Of a stretch of DNA of 64,000 bases, positions 1 to 11,703 are shown piece after piece. The position numbers and the translations under genes are program-made. Each line of letters begins with the position of its first letter. The stretch's first letter is position 1. This DNA is from Mobula hypostoma (lineage: Eukaryota). The stretch lies in the NCBI RefSeq assembly GCF_963921235.1, contig NC_086097.1, positions 158,288,001 to 158,352,000 on the forward strand, written 5' to 3'. Under the pieces are notes generated by a model, which was given only the letters and a program-made list of their open reading frames with translations, was not told the DNA's origin and made no database searches.

Positions 1-849
1 CCATTCCTGATCTTTTGCTGTGGTTGCATAGCCGTCCGTGTCCCTGACTCCGGCCATCTGTCTGTGTACCCATCCACCTGCCCGCAGACCCTAGCTCGGG
101 CTGCGGACTTGACTGTCCATGTCCCCAGCTCTGTCTGTGCACACGCCCATATGCCCACAGCTCCTGGTTCTGGCAGCGGTCCCACTTGACTGTCTGTCCC
201 TGGCTACGGTTGCCTACCATGTCTGTGTCCATAGCTCCGGTTGCCTCCCCACCTGCCTGGTGCTGAAAGTTCCTGCATTTGGGCACATTCAGAGGATAAG
301 TTCCAGACCTTCATTGACTAGTATATGGTAGAGCCTGAGAGGACAGGTATTGCCATGGCTATTGCTGGGTGGACTTCAGGGCTGGTTTGAAGTGGCAGAC
401 CCGGGTGCAAGAGTGAAAACCAACTGATATTTAGCCAATTTAAGCAGTGAGCCAGGTTGAAAAGATGTAAGGTTTTGAGGGTGGAGTTCAGCTCACTACT
501 CTGTGTCAGCCAGGAACTCCCACCTGAGGCAATCCTGTATTTGACTTGTCTTGCTCTCTTGCTGCTACCATCAAGAGTGGTGCAGGAGTCCCATCAGGTT
601 CGGGAGTAGTTGCTGCCCTATAGCCGTCGGGCTCACAGACTGGCTCTCTGCACTGCACTGACTCTGTAGCTAACTGGCTGTACTTGCCTCAGCATTGATC
701 TGGCTACATGACTGTGGGCTCACTTTCGGGAACTCTGCAGTTCATGTTTGTGTATTATTGGTCTACTTATTTATTGTTTGCACGAGTTGTTCTTCTTTTT
801 CGCACATTAGATGTTTGGCGGTCTTTGTTATGTTTTTTGTAGATTCTAT

Positions 850-2481
850 CGAGATAGCAGAGGTACTTAATGAATACTCTGCTTCAGTATTCACTACGGA
901 AGAGGATCCTGGCAATGGTAGGGATAACTTACAGCAGACTGAAAAGCTTGAGCATGTAGATATTAAGAAAGAGGATGTGCTGGAGCTTTTGGAAAGCATC
1001 AAGTTGGATAAGTCATCGGGACTGGACGAGCTGTACCCCAGGCTACTATGGGAGGTGTGGGAGGAGATTGCCGAGCCTCTGACGATGATCTTTGCATCAT
1101 CAATGGAGACAGGAGAAGTTCCGGAGGATTGGTGGGTTGTGCATGTTTTTCCATTATTCAAGAAAGGGAGTAGAGATAGCCTAGGAAATTATACAGCGGA
1201 GAGTCTTACTTCAGTGGTTGGTAAGTTGATGGAGAAGATACTGAGAGGCAGGTTGTACTTTATGAGCCTGATAGAATTTTTTGAGGATGTGACTAAACAC
1301 GTTGATGAAGGTAGAGCAGTAGATGTAGTGTATATGGATTTCAGCACGGCATTTGACAGGGTACCCAATGCAAGGCTTATTGAAAAAGTAAGGAGGCATG
1401 GGATCCAAGGGGACATTGCTTTGTGGATCGAGAACTGGCTCGCCCACAGAAGGCAAAGAGTGGTTGTATTTGGGTAATATTCTGCATGGAGGTCGGTCAC
1501 CAGCGGTGTGCCTCGGGGATCTGTTCTGGGACCCCTACTCTTTGTGATTTTTATAAATGACCTGGATGAAGAAGTGGAGGGATGGGTTAGTAAATTTGCT
1601 GATGACACAAAGGTTGTAGGTGTTGTGGATAGTGTGGAGGGCTGTCAGAGGTTGCAGCGGGACATTGATAGGGTGCAAAACTGGGCTGAGAAGTAGCAGA
1701 TGGAGTTCAACCCAGATAAGTGTGAGCTGGTTCATTTTGGTAGGTCAAATATGATGACAGAATATAGTATTAATGGTAAGACTCTTGGCAGTGTGGAGGA
1801 TCAGAGGGATCTTGTGGTCTGAGTCCATAGAACACTCAAAGCAGCTGCTCAGGTTGACTTCGTGGTTAAGAAAGCATATGGTGCATTGGCCTTCATCAAT
1901 TGTGGGATTGAGTTTAGGAGCCGAGAGGTAATGTTGCAGATTCTTTGTCAGACCCCACTTGGAGTACTGTGCTCAGTTCTGGTCGCCTCACTATAGGAAG
2001 GATGTGGAAACCATAGAAAGAGTGCAGAGGAGACTTCCAAAGATGTTGCCTGGATTGGAGAGCATGCCTTATGAGAATAGGTTGAATGAACTCGGCTTTT
2101 TTTCCTTGGAGCGACGGAGGATGAGAGGTGACCTGATAGAGGTGTATAAGATGATGAGAAGCATTGATCGTGTGTATAGTCAGAGGCTTTTTCCCAGGGC
2201 TGAAATGGCTGGCGCGAGACAGCACAGTTTTAAGGTGCTTGGAAGTAGGTACAGAGGAAATGTCAGGGGTGTGTTTTTTACGCAGAGAGTGGTGAGTGTG
2301 TGGAATGGGCTGCCAGCGATGGTGGTGGAGGTGGATGCGATAGAGTCTTTTAAGAGACTCCTGGAGAGGTACATGGAGCTCAGAAAAATAGAGGGTGGGT
2401 AACCTTGGTAAATTCATGCTCAGCACAGCTTTGTGGGCCGAAAGGCCTGTATTGTGCTGTAGGTTTTCTATGTTCTATGTT
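850..2481 (+). mobile_element. 5'-truncated CR1 LINE (ORF2 RT and C-terminus), with stops and an internal deletion
   Basis: ORFs 695-1477, 1508-1696 and 1959-2402 give CR1 motifs ([60 protein letters not shown]). Ends in a (TTCTATG)n tail. Confidence 0.95.
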
Positions 2482-3550
2482 GTACGTTCTTTTTTTTAGG
2501 CTTCCTGCAATAAGGGCAATCTCAAGGTTGTATATGGTATATGTACTTTGATAAATGTACTTTGAACTTGAATTTTTGAACTTTGATTTCTGGAAATCTG
2601 TAATCCATGACTGCTTGTAGTGGAGAAAGAGTATTCAGGATGGAATTGAGAGTCTGATCCATGCTTCGGGAGTACTCCGAAGCCCGGTGAAAATGGCAGG
2701 TGGAGAATATTGTCTCATATGCTCCCCACCTATTAGTTTCTGAGCATAGTAATTCCTGATCCTCATTGGAGAATGTTCAGTAAGTCATTGCTGAGCTGAT
2801 ACATTGAAAGATACATGCAATCAATACACATCATTCTTCTACATGTGTAAAGTATATTTTATATTTGTTACTTCAAATACTGTACTTTTTCTTTTCACCC
2901 TGTATTATTCCATTACTTCTCATGACTACCCTCTGTGAACCAAATTAAGCACTGATTCTGCTGTATCTGGTTGTAGCCTCACTGCAATCAAATAATGTAG
3001 CTCCTTACATCATCTCTTCTCCATCTTAATGTTTGAGCAACTGGTGGAATTTGGGTCATGAAGGTTTGTTATTACTTGTGACTGCAATTGTGACCAGTTC
3101 TGTCTGAGCTTCAGCCCGAGAAAACATGGAGCAAGAAGGAAAATGATAAACTTCAAGCAGTTGCTGGTGCAATAATCAGTAGGAGGAATGGTGACTTTGC
3201 TGTGCTGAAGACAATACATTTGAAATATTTGATGTGTTCTTTGATGCTTTTCTTGCTAACTTTTTTTCTGCTTCCATCCATCTACTTTCATTTCTAACTC
3301 TCTTACAATCTTATCTTATTCTTTGCTGTTCACTTTAACTTGCAATCCCCTAATTGTTTCTCCCCTTCTTTCGCTCCTCTCTGTCTATCTCTTTCAATCA
3401 CAGGCATGGTTGTTACTTCATTAAATCTTGTGATACTTGGTTGCTTTGCTGTAATGATGTTGCCAAGCATTCTTAGTTCATGTCAGTGGCCTTTCCTGCT
3501 TTATCAAAAAGCCAGCTGGGTTAAAATTTGAGCATTCATCAGTTGAAATT

Positions 3551-4083
3551 TTTGTGTCTGGACAACTACATATCAATTAAATAAAAGCACTCCAGCAGAG
3601 GTGAGGTTAACAGGTATATTCACATTGTAAGACCATAAGATATAGGAGCAGAAATAGGCCATTCTGCCCATTGAGTCTGATCCGCCATTCAATCACGGGC
3701 TGATCCAATTCTTCCAGTCATTCCCACTCCTCTGCCTTCTTCCCATACCCTTTGATACCCTGGCTAATCAAGAATCTTATCTATCTCTGCCTTAAATGCA
3801 CCCAATGAGTAGGCCTCCACAATCGCTTGTGGCAATAAATTTAACAGATTTACCACATTCTAAGTAAAGTAATTTCTCCACATCTCTGTTCCAAATGTAT
3901 GTCCTTCAATCCTGAAGTCATGCCTTTTTGTCCCAGACTTCCCTACCATGGGAAATAACTTTGCCATATCTAATCTGTTCAGGTTGTAGAGCGAGAGCAA
4001 CAGATCAATGCGCATGGGTAAGTTATCGTTCAATAATTAATGCTAAGAGGAGTCATTATGCTGATAAAGATCCATACATTACA
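3551..4083 (-). repeat. 3' LTR of the Gypsy element, split by a CR1 insertion
   Basis: 3551-3625 and 3984-4083 align by eye with 9938-10105 (ttgtgtctg.acaact..tatcaattaaataa; caacagatcaatg.gcatg.gtaa; tgctaagaggagtc; agatccat.cat). Confidence 0.85.
3630..3983 (-). mobile_element. Short CR1 3' fragment inserted in the LTR
   Basis: Reverse complement reads as the CR1 ORF2 end plus 3' UTR. Flanked by direct repeat TTGTA (3625-3629, 3984-3988). Confidence 0.85.
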
Positions 4084-7000
4084 CTGCCTTCCTTCTAGAT
4101 TAGTATAACATAAAACTGTATCTGTAACATAACATTCAATTTCCCTTCAAGAAACCATATTCAAATAAACATCTGTTCACAGTAACAGTCCATAACTAAC
4201 CATTATACTGAAGATTTAGTCTTAGGTCGCACCCTGTTTCTTTTAGAATGGTGCCTTTGGACCTGTGAAGTAGCATTTAGTTTGCCTGGTGTCTTGTCAA
4301 AGATGACTTTCACTGTTGCAGGTGTTATGGTGCTGTTCGTAATGCGATCATCACCGAGGGGTAGGTCTGGTGGCTGTAATCTGTCCATCTTGTTGTTTGC
4401 ACTTGACTCAGGTGGTGTTTTTTGACTGAGCATCCAGTATCTTGACACCTTGATGTAGGATCTCCAGCATCCACTGTGTACATCAGTGAACCAGTTCTTG
4501 TAGCTATCCTAACAGGTGTCCATTTTCCTTCTCGGTATCACGCATTAGGATTTCCTGTTCAGCCTCGAAGTTCCTTGCTGATTTACTTGGCAACTGGCTG
4601 AACTGTTTATTGTGTACTTTCCTCCGTAGATTTGAGTCTATGCGAGATCTCAGATTCCTGCTCATGAACAGCATTGCCGGTGTCTGATTTGTTGTCGCAC
4701 GAAGAGAGTTTCAATCTACCAAAAGGAAATTGTCCACCTTGTGCTGTAGAGAAATGTCCTCCTCGTCCATAGCTTTAATGGACTTCTTGAAGGTTTGGAC
4801 AAACCTTTTAGCTAACCCATTCATTGCTGGGTGGTGAGGAGCTGACTTGAAATGTTTGATGCCATTTTTCTTCATGAATAGTCTGAACTCTCCTGGTGTA
4901 TATTGTGGTCCGTTGCCACTCACAATTTGTTCAGGTAAGCCATTTCTGGAGAAGATAGTCCTCAGGGTGGAAGCAGTCTTTTCTCAGGTGGTTGACTTCA
5001 TTGGTTTGACCTCCTGCCACTTCGAATGAGTCTCTAAAGCAATCAGAAATATGGAGTCCATGAATGGCCCAGCAAAATCAATATGTACTCTTTGCCATGG
5101 TGACGATGACCACTTCCTCGGGTGTATGGTGCCTCTGGGGTTGCAGTTTGAATTTTGTGGCCAAGTCTTCAATCTGTCTGTCTATTCTTGGGCATCTCAC
5201 GTAGCTCCAGGCGAGACTCTTGATCTTGACTATACCCAGGTGTCCTTCATGCAGGTTTTCTAACACTCTGATGCACAGTTTAGAGGGAACCATGACACGA
5301 GATCCACACACCAGTGCTTTTTTAATACCGACAGTTGGACTTGTTTCACTGAGAGCTCTGGAAACATAGGGTTTCCTTGGCCATCATTGCCTAGTGATGT
5401 CATAGACTTCTGATAATACCGGGCCATTCCTTGTTTCTCTTTGTATTTCAGAATATATTCCCGGCAACTGGCGCACCAATGATGTGCAGAACACTTCTGC
5501 TGGGTAACAGAATTAAGATTTTAGTTCCTTGGTTGCCAACAGTGGATGATGTGATAAGCTGTCCGCATTGCTGTGTTGCTCGGTACCCTTGAACTTTATG
5601 TCATAAGAGTGGGCTTCTAGGAAAAAAGCCCACGTTGCAGCTGGGTAGCAAACAAAACTGGAATTCCTTTCCTGGGATTGAAAATAGACACAAGGGGCTA
5701 GTGGTCTGTCACTCGAGTAAACCTCTGTCTGTACGGGTAGTGGTGAAACTTCATTTCCCATACTAGACTAGGGGCCTCCTGGTCGATCTGTGCGAAACTG
5801 CGTTCTGTGCTCATCAGCGAACTTGTAGCAAGTGCAATCGGACATTCAGATCCATATTACATGGTGTGTGACAAAATGGCATCAATGCTATAAGGATATG
5901 TATCGCACGCCAGTCTGATAGGCGGAGATGGGTTATAATGTGTGAGCAGTTCATCAGCTGTTAATAGTCTCTGTTTCCTTGAATGCTCCTTCACATCTTT
6001 CTGACCATTCCTACTTAGCTCCTGTTTGTAACAGTGCATTGAATGGGTGCAGCACTGTAGCAATGTTTGGAAGAAACTAGTGGTAGTAGTTTACAAGACC
6101 CAAGTATGAGCTGAGTTGTGATACATTTTCTGGTTTGGGTGCCTGCAGCACTGCTTCAATCTCCTCTTTTAAATTATGTAGGCCATTCTTGTTAACGACA
6201 TGTCCACAATATGAACTTTAATTCTTAAAAAACTCATATTTCTCTCTTTTTGCGCACAGACCATACTCACTCATTCTGGTAAGTACTTTACCAAAGTTCT
6301 GGAGGTGCTCTTCATCATTCTTGCCAGTCACGATGATGTTGTCAAGGTAACACTGTGTTTCTGCAATATCTTGGAGCACATGGCCCATTGTATTTTGCCA
6401 AATTGCAGCAGCTGACGCGATGCCAAAGACAAGACAACTATACTGGAACAGTCCCTTGTGAGTGTTGATTGTGAGGAACTTCCTGCTTGACTCCTCAATC
6501 TCCATTTGCTGATAGGCTTGTGACAAATCAATCTTTGAAAACCTCTCCCCACTTGTCAAAGATGCAAAAATGTCTTCTATTTGTGTTAGGGGTACTGCAT
6601 AGTACACAGAACCAAGTTGATGCTCACCTTGAAATCCCCACAAACGGGAACAGCTCCGGCCTTCCCTTTCTTGATCACCGGGACGACGGACATGACCATC
6701 GCTCCACTCAACTTTCAGGAGAATGCCAGGTGTCTCCTAGCTCTGAAGTTCATCATCCACTTTAGGATGTAGTGCATAAGGACATGCTTTATGGATATTG
6801 GTGTTGCTGCTTCACCCAGCTCAATTCTGGCTGTCACACCTTTGAGTTTACTAATCCCCTTCTCAAACACCTTCTCATTAGCATTAAGCAGCTGTGACAG
6901 CCTCTGGTTAGCGCTACTGTTTGGGCTACAGTTGCCTGTCGATGACACATTGAAAGCTTTGATGGTGTGCCAGTCTTACTGGATTTCTCTCAATGATTTA

Positions 7001-7277
7001 TGTCTAAGAAGTGCTGGTCCTCCAGTTTTCAACATAAAAAGCTCTAACAGCTGTGTTTCACCTCTGTTATTCAATTCACTTTCAGTTTGCCTTTGGGAGA
7101 CACTTTTTCACCTGTGTAGGTCTTTACCATCACCAAGCTCTTTTCTAATGGTAGCTTAGTTTCTTGTAGTCAGCTTCTGAAATTATAGACAAAACTGACC
7201 CTGTATCCAGCTGCATTTTCAGTTTCACACCGGACACATCTGTTATGATCCATATAATTTACTGATTTGCTTCAGTA

Positions 7278-8910
7278 CAGGTTTCCCCCACCATCCGAAG
7301 GTAGAGCGTTCCTATGAAACAGTTGGTAAGCCGGAATGTCGTAAAGCGAAGAAGTAATTACCATTTATTTAAATGAGAAAATTTTGTGAGCATTCGCAGA
7401 CCCAAAAATAAACTACCAAATCATGCCAAATAACACATAAAACCTAAAATAACAGTAACATATAGTAAAAGCAGGAATGATATGATAAATACACAGCCTA
7501 TATAAAGTAGAAATACTTTTCCACAATCATTGCCGCACTGTTCTCCGTAGTGAAAATCTCACGCAAGCGCTCTCGGCAGAAACACGGCGCAAGCGCTCTC
7601 CAGTAACCTTTAAGATATGAAGCTGCCAAATCATACCAACTAACACCTAAAAATACACAACCTATATAAAGTAGAAATAATGTATGTACAGCGTAGTATC
7701 ACTTATGGGAATTGGGAAGACATCGAGCACACTGATAATGGTGTGTTAGGCTGAGTCGTCGGAGTTTGGGGTTGTGCAGTGGACCCCACCCTCCAGGCAG
7801 CGAACCGATACCGATCCGCAAAGAATGCAGCCAGTAGCTGGGACGCACCCAGCACATCTTTAAGAACAAAGCCAAAACAAACAAGCTTATTAGTTACGTG
7901 CCGCCTGGCACGTAAATGTCGGCCCAGATCAGAGGCGACGCAATCAGCAATCGCCTCTGATCTGGGCTGACATTTACGTGCTGGGCGGCACCTAATTAAT
8001 TAGCTTGTTTGTTTCGGCTTTTTTCTTAAAGATGTGCTGGGTGCGTCCCAGCTACCGGCTGCATTCTCCGTGGATCGGTATCTGTCCGTGACCCAGGGGT
8101 TGGGGTGGTGGGACACTGAGGTGGCGTCTGTTTCCATCAGGGAGGCAGGTCATCTTCTTCTATGTCTGCCTGCCTCGATGTCAAAGGTCGAAGTTGGTCG
8201 TCTACTGTGGCTGATGTGGAAGGCTTGCTTGACTGCTTAGCCTCGTGCATTTTTAGATCATTTTTGTAAGCACTCAAACCATCCTGCAAATATGCCCTAA
8301 ACTGATGTACCCTTTCAGAATTAAAGTCGTACTTTATGATTGCAGCGAAAATCTCATGCAGTTGCTTCACGTTTAGTTCCTGGACGACTTCACTTTCGGT
8401 CCATTCGCTTCTGCATTCGGTTTTGATTGTTTTCCTTTCCTCTTCCAATTGCATCAGCTCTTCATCTATCAGTGCTTGGTCATGGGATGCCAAAACCTCT
8501 TCAACATCATCTTCGTCAACTTCCACAAGCCAAACTCACTTTGTCCTTAATTTGTTCACCATGATCGAAAAGCTTAATTATGTCTAGTTTTACGCTAAGT
8601 GTAACACCCTTACGAGCTCTTTCAGGCTTTTCTGATACCTTAGACCTCACCTTGCTAACAGCTGCTCACAGGCACGTGTTTAAGCAATGCCGGCGAGAAT
8701 GCCGTTCCGAATCCGGGGGACAGCGGCTGCTCGGGGCGCGCGCTGCTTTTTTTTTGTGTGCTGATTTTTTTCGTGTGCTACTATTATCGTGCGCTGCCTT
8801 TTGTCGTAACAGTGAAAACACCTTCTGTTAGCGAAAACATGGAACTAATGTAGTTCTTTCGTAACAGTGAGGTTTTGTAAAGCGAACGTTTGAAAAGCGG
8901 GGGACACCTG
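7278..8910 (-). mobile_element. Internally deleted Tigger/pogo (Tc1-mariner superfamily) DNA transposon
   Basis: TA at both flanks (7276-7277, 8911-8912). Imperfect TIRs CAGGTTTCCCCC / GGGGGACACCTG. Minus strand encodes a CENP-B-type N-terminus (RKGVTLSVKLDIIKLFDHGE, ~8555-8615) fused to the acidic C-terminus (EVDEDDVEEVLASHDQALIDEEL, 8137-8526). The DDE domain is absent. Confidence 0.88.
7777..8118. mobile_element. Foldback (palindromic) MITE, probably hAT-type, nested in the Tigger
   Basis: CAGTG...CACTG ends. Arms ~7806-7938 and ~7950-8082 are near-perfect reverse complements. Termini resemble those of the hAT element at 19120. Confidence 0.7.
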
Positions 8911-9937
8911 TAATACTATATAGTTCCAGGCATGACAGCTCACCTTTGTCGGACTCTGTTTTCTGATTTATTTTTGCATTCAGTCACTTTATACATTTGT
9001 TTGGTTTTGTGTTTGAAATTTTTCCTTCTGTGTGATGTTTCTCTTTTGTTGTGGTTTTTGTCTGATTTGCACACTCTAACTGGCTTTGTTTGTAACACTT
9101 TCTGCAAGCTTTTTGTTTGAATCAACAGTCATTTGCATGATGGGAAGATTCACCACATCGATAACATTTTGACATTTGCAGTATTCAGAGACATTTTGTG
9201 CTTTTCACATTCTAAACTCTTTTTCTGCATCCTTTGCTGCAGACTCTAATGATATTGCAGTGGTCAATGCCTGTTCTAAGGTTAGGTCTCTTTTTGACAG
9301 TAGTCTCTTGAGTGCTTTGACTATGTATGCCACATACAAACTTGTCCATTAATGAATCAGAAAGTCCATCTCCAAAGTCACAGTATTGGGAAATTCTGCG
9401 CAGTTCTGCAATGTATTCAGAAATGCCTTCATCATTCAGTTCCTTTTATGAAATCTGAATTTCTCAGATATTGCTAACAGTTTAGGGCTCAAGTGACTTT
9501 GTAAAATTGCAACGGTTTTGTCAAATGTCACACTTGCTGGCTTTTCAGGAGTCAGTAAGTTGCGTAAGAGCCTCTATGTTTTTGCATTCATTAAGCAAAG
9601 AATCTTGGACACTTACTTTTCCTGATCCACGTCGTTCATGTTATAATACTCTTCAACCCTCTTAAAATACATTCCTCATTAGCACTATTAAGCTGTTCAA
9701 TTTTCCAGACTAAGGCCATTGTCACATTATTTTCACTTTAACTTTGCTAGTTACATGTCTCTCACTGTATACTGCACACTATTATTCATACATCGCTTTG
9801 TCAGCGTCCACGATGGCCTTCTCTGTTCACTCTTTCCTCTCACTGTCTCACTCCTTTCCTCTGAATTCAGTCATCTCGTAACTGTCAGTGTAGTTGGTGA
9901 TATCCGCTGACATTCAGGTTAGTACTTGTTGCCTACT

Positions 9938-10105
9938 TGTTGTGTCTGTACAACTAATTATCAATTAAATAAGCACGCACATAGAGTTGAGGTTAACTGA
10001 TAGATTTGAGAACAACAGATCAATGTGCATGAGTAAATTATTCAGTACGTAGTGCTAAGAGGAGTCCTTGCGCTAAAAGAAATAGATCCATGCATGAATC
10101 ATTCA
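9938..10105 (-). repeat. 5' LTR of the Gypsy element
   Basis: Begins TGTTGTG and ends CA. Homologous to 3551-4083 and adjacent to the PBS-like sequence. Confidence 0.85.
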
Positions 10106-11109
10106 AATTAATTAAAAATACATCCTTATTGGTTCAGGGATATGTTTCTGAATAAGTGTCTGTTTTTTCGACATGTGTTTGAATTCCAGGACAGTGAGAG
10201 GATTTAAACTGAAATAATTTAATGTAAATCTGGCATAAGAAATTTAAATAATCTCTATCAAAATGGCTTTCTAATGTTCATCAGTGAAGAAAGTCCATTG
10301 TTCTTATTCCCTGGATAAATATAATTCCAGACCAAAAAATGTCTTCACCCCTCTGTTCAATGGGAAATAAGATTGAAAAATGTATAATATATACATCTCA
10401 TAAACAAATAATTTTTTAAGAAGGCCTTTTTTTTTACTTTGATCTACTTTGTTTACAGTAGAAGCTTTGGAAGAATGAACATAAACAAATTGCATTCAAA
10501 CTATACTTTGTAAAATGTCCCAACGCACTTTATTGGAGTGATTATCAACACACAAAATTTGACACTGAGCCACACAAAGGAATATGAGGACAGGTACTCA
10601 AAAGCTTTGTGAAGTAGGTTTGAGGGAGCAACTTAAGGAATGAGAGGCAGAGGACTAGGAAGGTTTAGCCGGAGAAATCCGGAGCTGAGGATCTTGACAG
10701 CTGAATGTAGAGCTGCCAGTAGTCGAGTGAAGAAAATTGGGGCTGTTCCAAGTTTGACACCTTAACATTATCATTTGTCACCAGATTTTCTTTCACATCT
10801 TTGTGGATTTGGCTCTTTATTGTAATTTGTCAGTTTAAAAAAATTGATGTGATTTATAGCACGGGATGCAGATTGAGTGTTGTACTTGTGACCTGCTTTT
10901 TTCAGGATTCTGTGCAGATTATCGTGAAGCACTGCCTCATCACAGAATTTAATATGAGTTGCAATTTATTCTGGCCCACGCACACAGCGGGGATTTCAGT
11001 ATGCTCATAACGCAGTGTGGTGCTCAGCTGCTTTCTTCACCTGGGTCTGCATCTTCCATCCAGTTCACAGTAATCCATTCCAATTCACCACTAAAAAAAT
11101 ACGTTTTCA

Positions 11110-11300
11110 CCCACTGCTTGGCATCCATGATCTAGGGGTCAAATGGTGGTCCAAGCCCATTGACAGAGATTCTATATCCATACAATTCCGGACTATTTCT
11201 TTTGTGATAGAAAATATGCCAAAGTCAACTATAGTTGTGATTTACTGTGAGGAAATCTTTAGAAGATTACTTTTCCTATACCTAACTATGCTATACCTCC
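11110..11300 (-). pseudogene. Possible very old hAT transposase C-terminal (dimerisation) remnant
   Basis: Minus-strand fragments LLKI..ITTIVDFGIFS and KRNS..RISVNGLGPPFDP..AKQWVK resemble the hAT dimerisation region. Frameshifted and weak. Confidence 0.3.
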
Positions 11301-11569
11301 TTGCATTGTTATGGATAAGAGTGAGGTTCAGATTTCCTGGGTAAATTAATTGCACATTAAGTAGGCTTTTAAGCATTGCAATTCCATATGTTAATTGTTT
11401 AAAGGCCTCATTAACAATCCACCGTAGAAAGCCAACGAGGTGTCCCGTAGTAGGTCTAATACTAGACACATTTGCTCAGAACATGTGCTGTATATCCCAA
11501 GTGAACCGTTATCTTGAAGAAATCTGTTGACAAACAGCAGATTATACAGTGATCATGGTTGGTTTAATC

Positions 11570-11703
11570 ACAAACACAAGAAAATCTGCAGATGCTGGAA
11601 ATCTGAGCAACACACATGAAATACTGGAGGAGCTCAACCAGCCAGGTAGCATCTATGGAAAAGAGTAAACAGTCGATGTTTTGGACCAAGACCCTTCATC
11701 AGG
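11570..11703 (-). mobile_element. Penelope-like 3' terminal remnant with decayed hammerhead
   Basis: Reverse complement contains cctgatgaagggtcttggtccaaaacatcgact (GAAA changed to AAAA) followed by the agatgct...cagcatctgca tail. Confidence 0.75.

Larger units (their letters stand above)
3551..10105 (-). mobile_element. Degenerate full-length Gypsy/Ty3 LTR retrotransposon
   Basis: Minus-strand order is gag with CCHC knuckles (KCYRCGESSHHANDC, ~9080-9170), protease (LKMQLDTGS, ~7200), RT (FSKIDLSQAYQQ, CYLDNIIVTG, 6218-6643), RNase H (LACD, ~5900), integrase (WQRVHIDFAGPF, NGPQYT, NGLAKRFVQTFK, 4711-5311). Related LTRs at both ends, a purine tract abutting the 3' LTR (4084-4100) and a degenerate PBS-like sequence at ~9926-9937. 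Candidate AATT TSD at 3547-3550 and 10106-10109. Confidence 0.93.
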
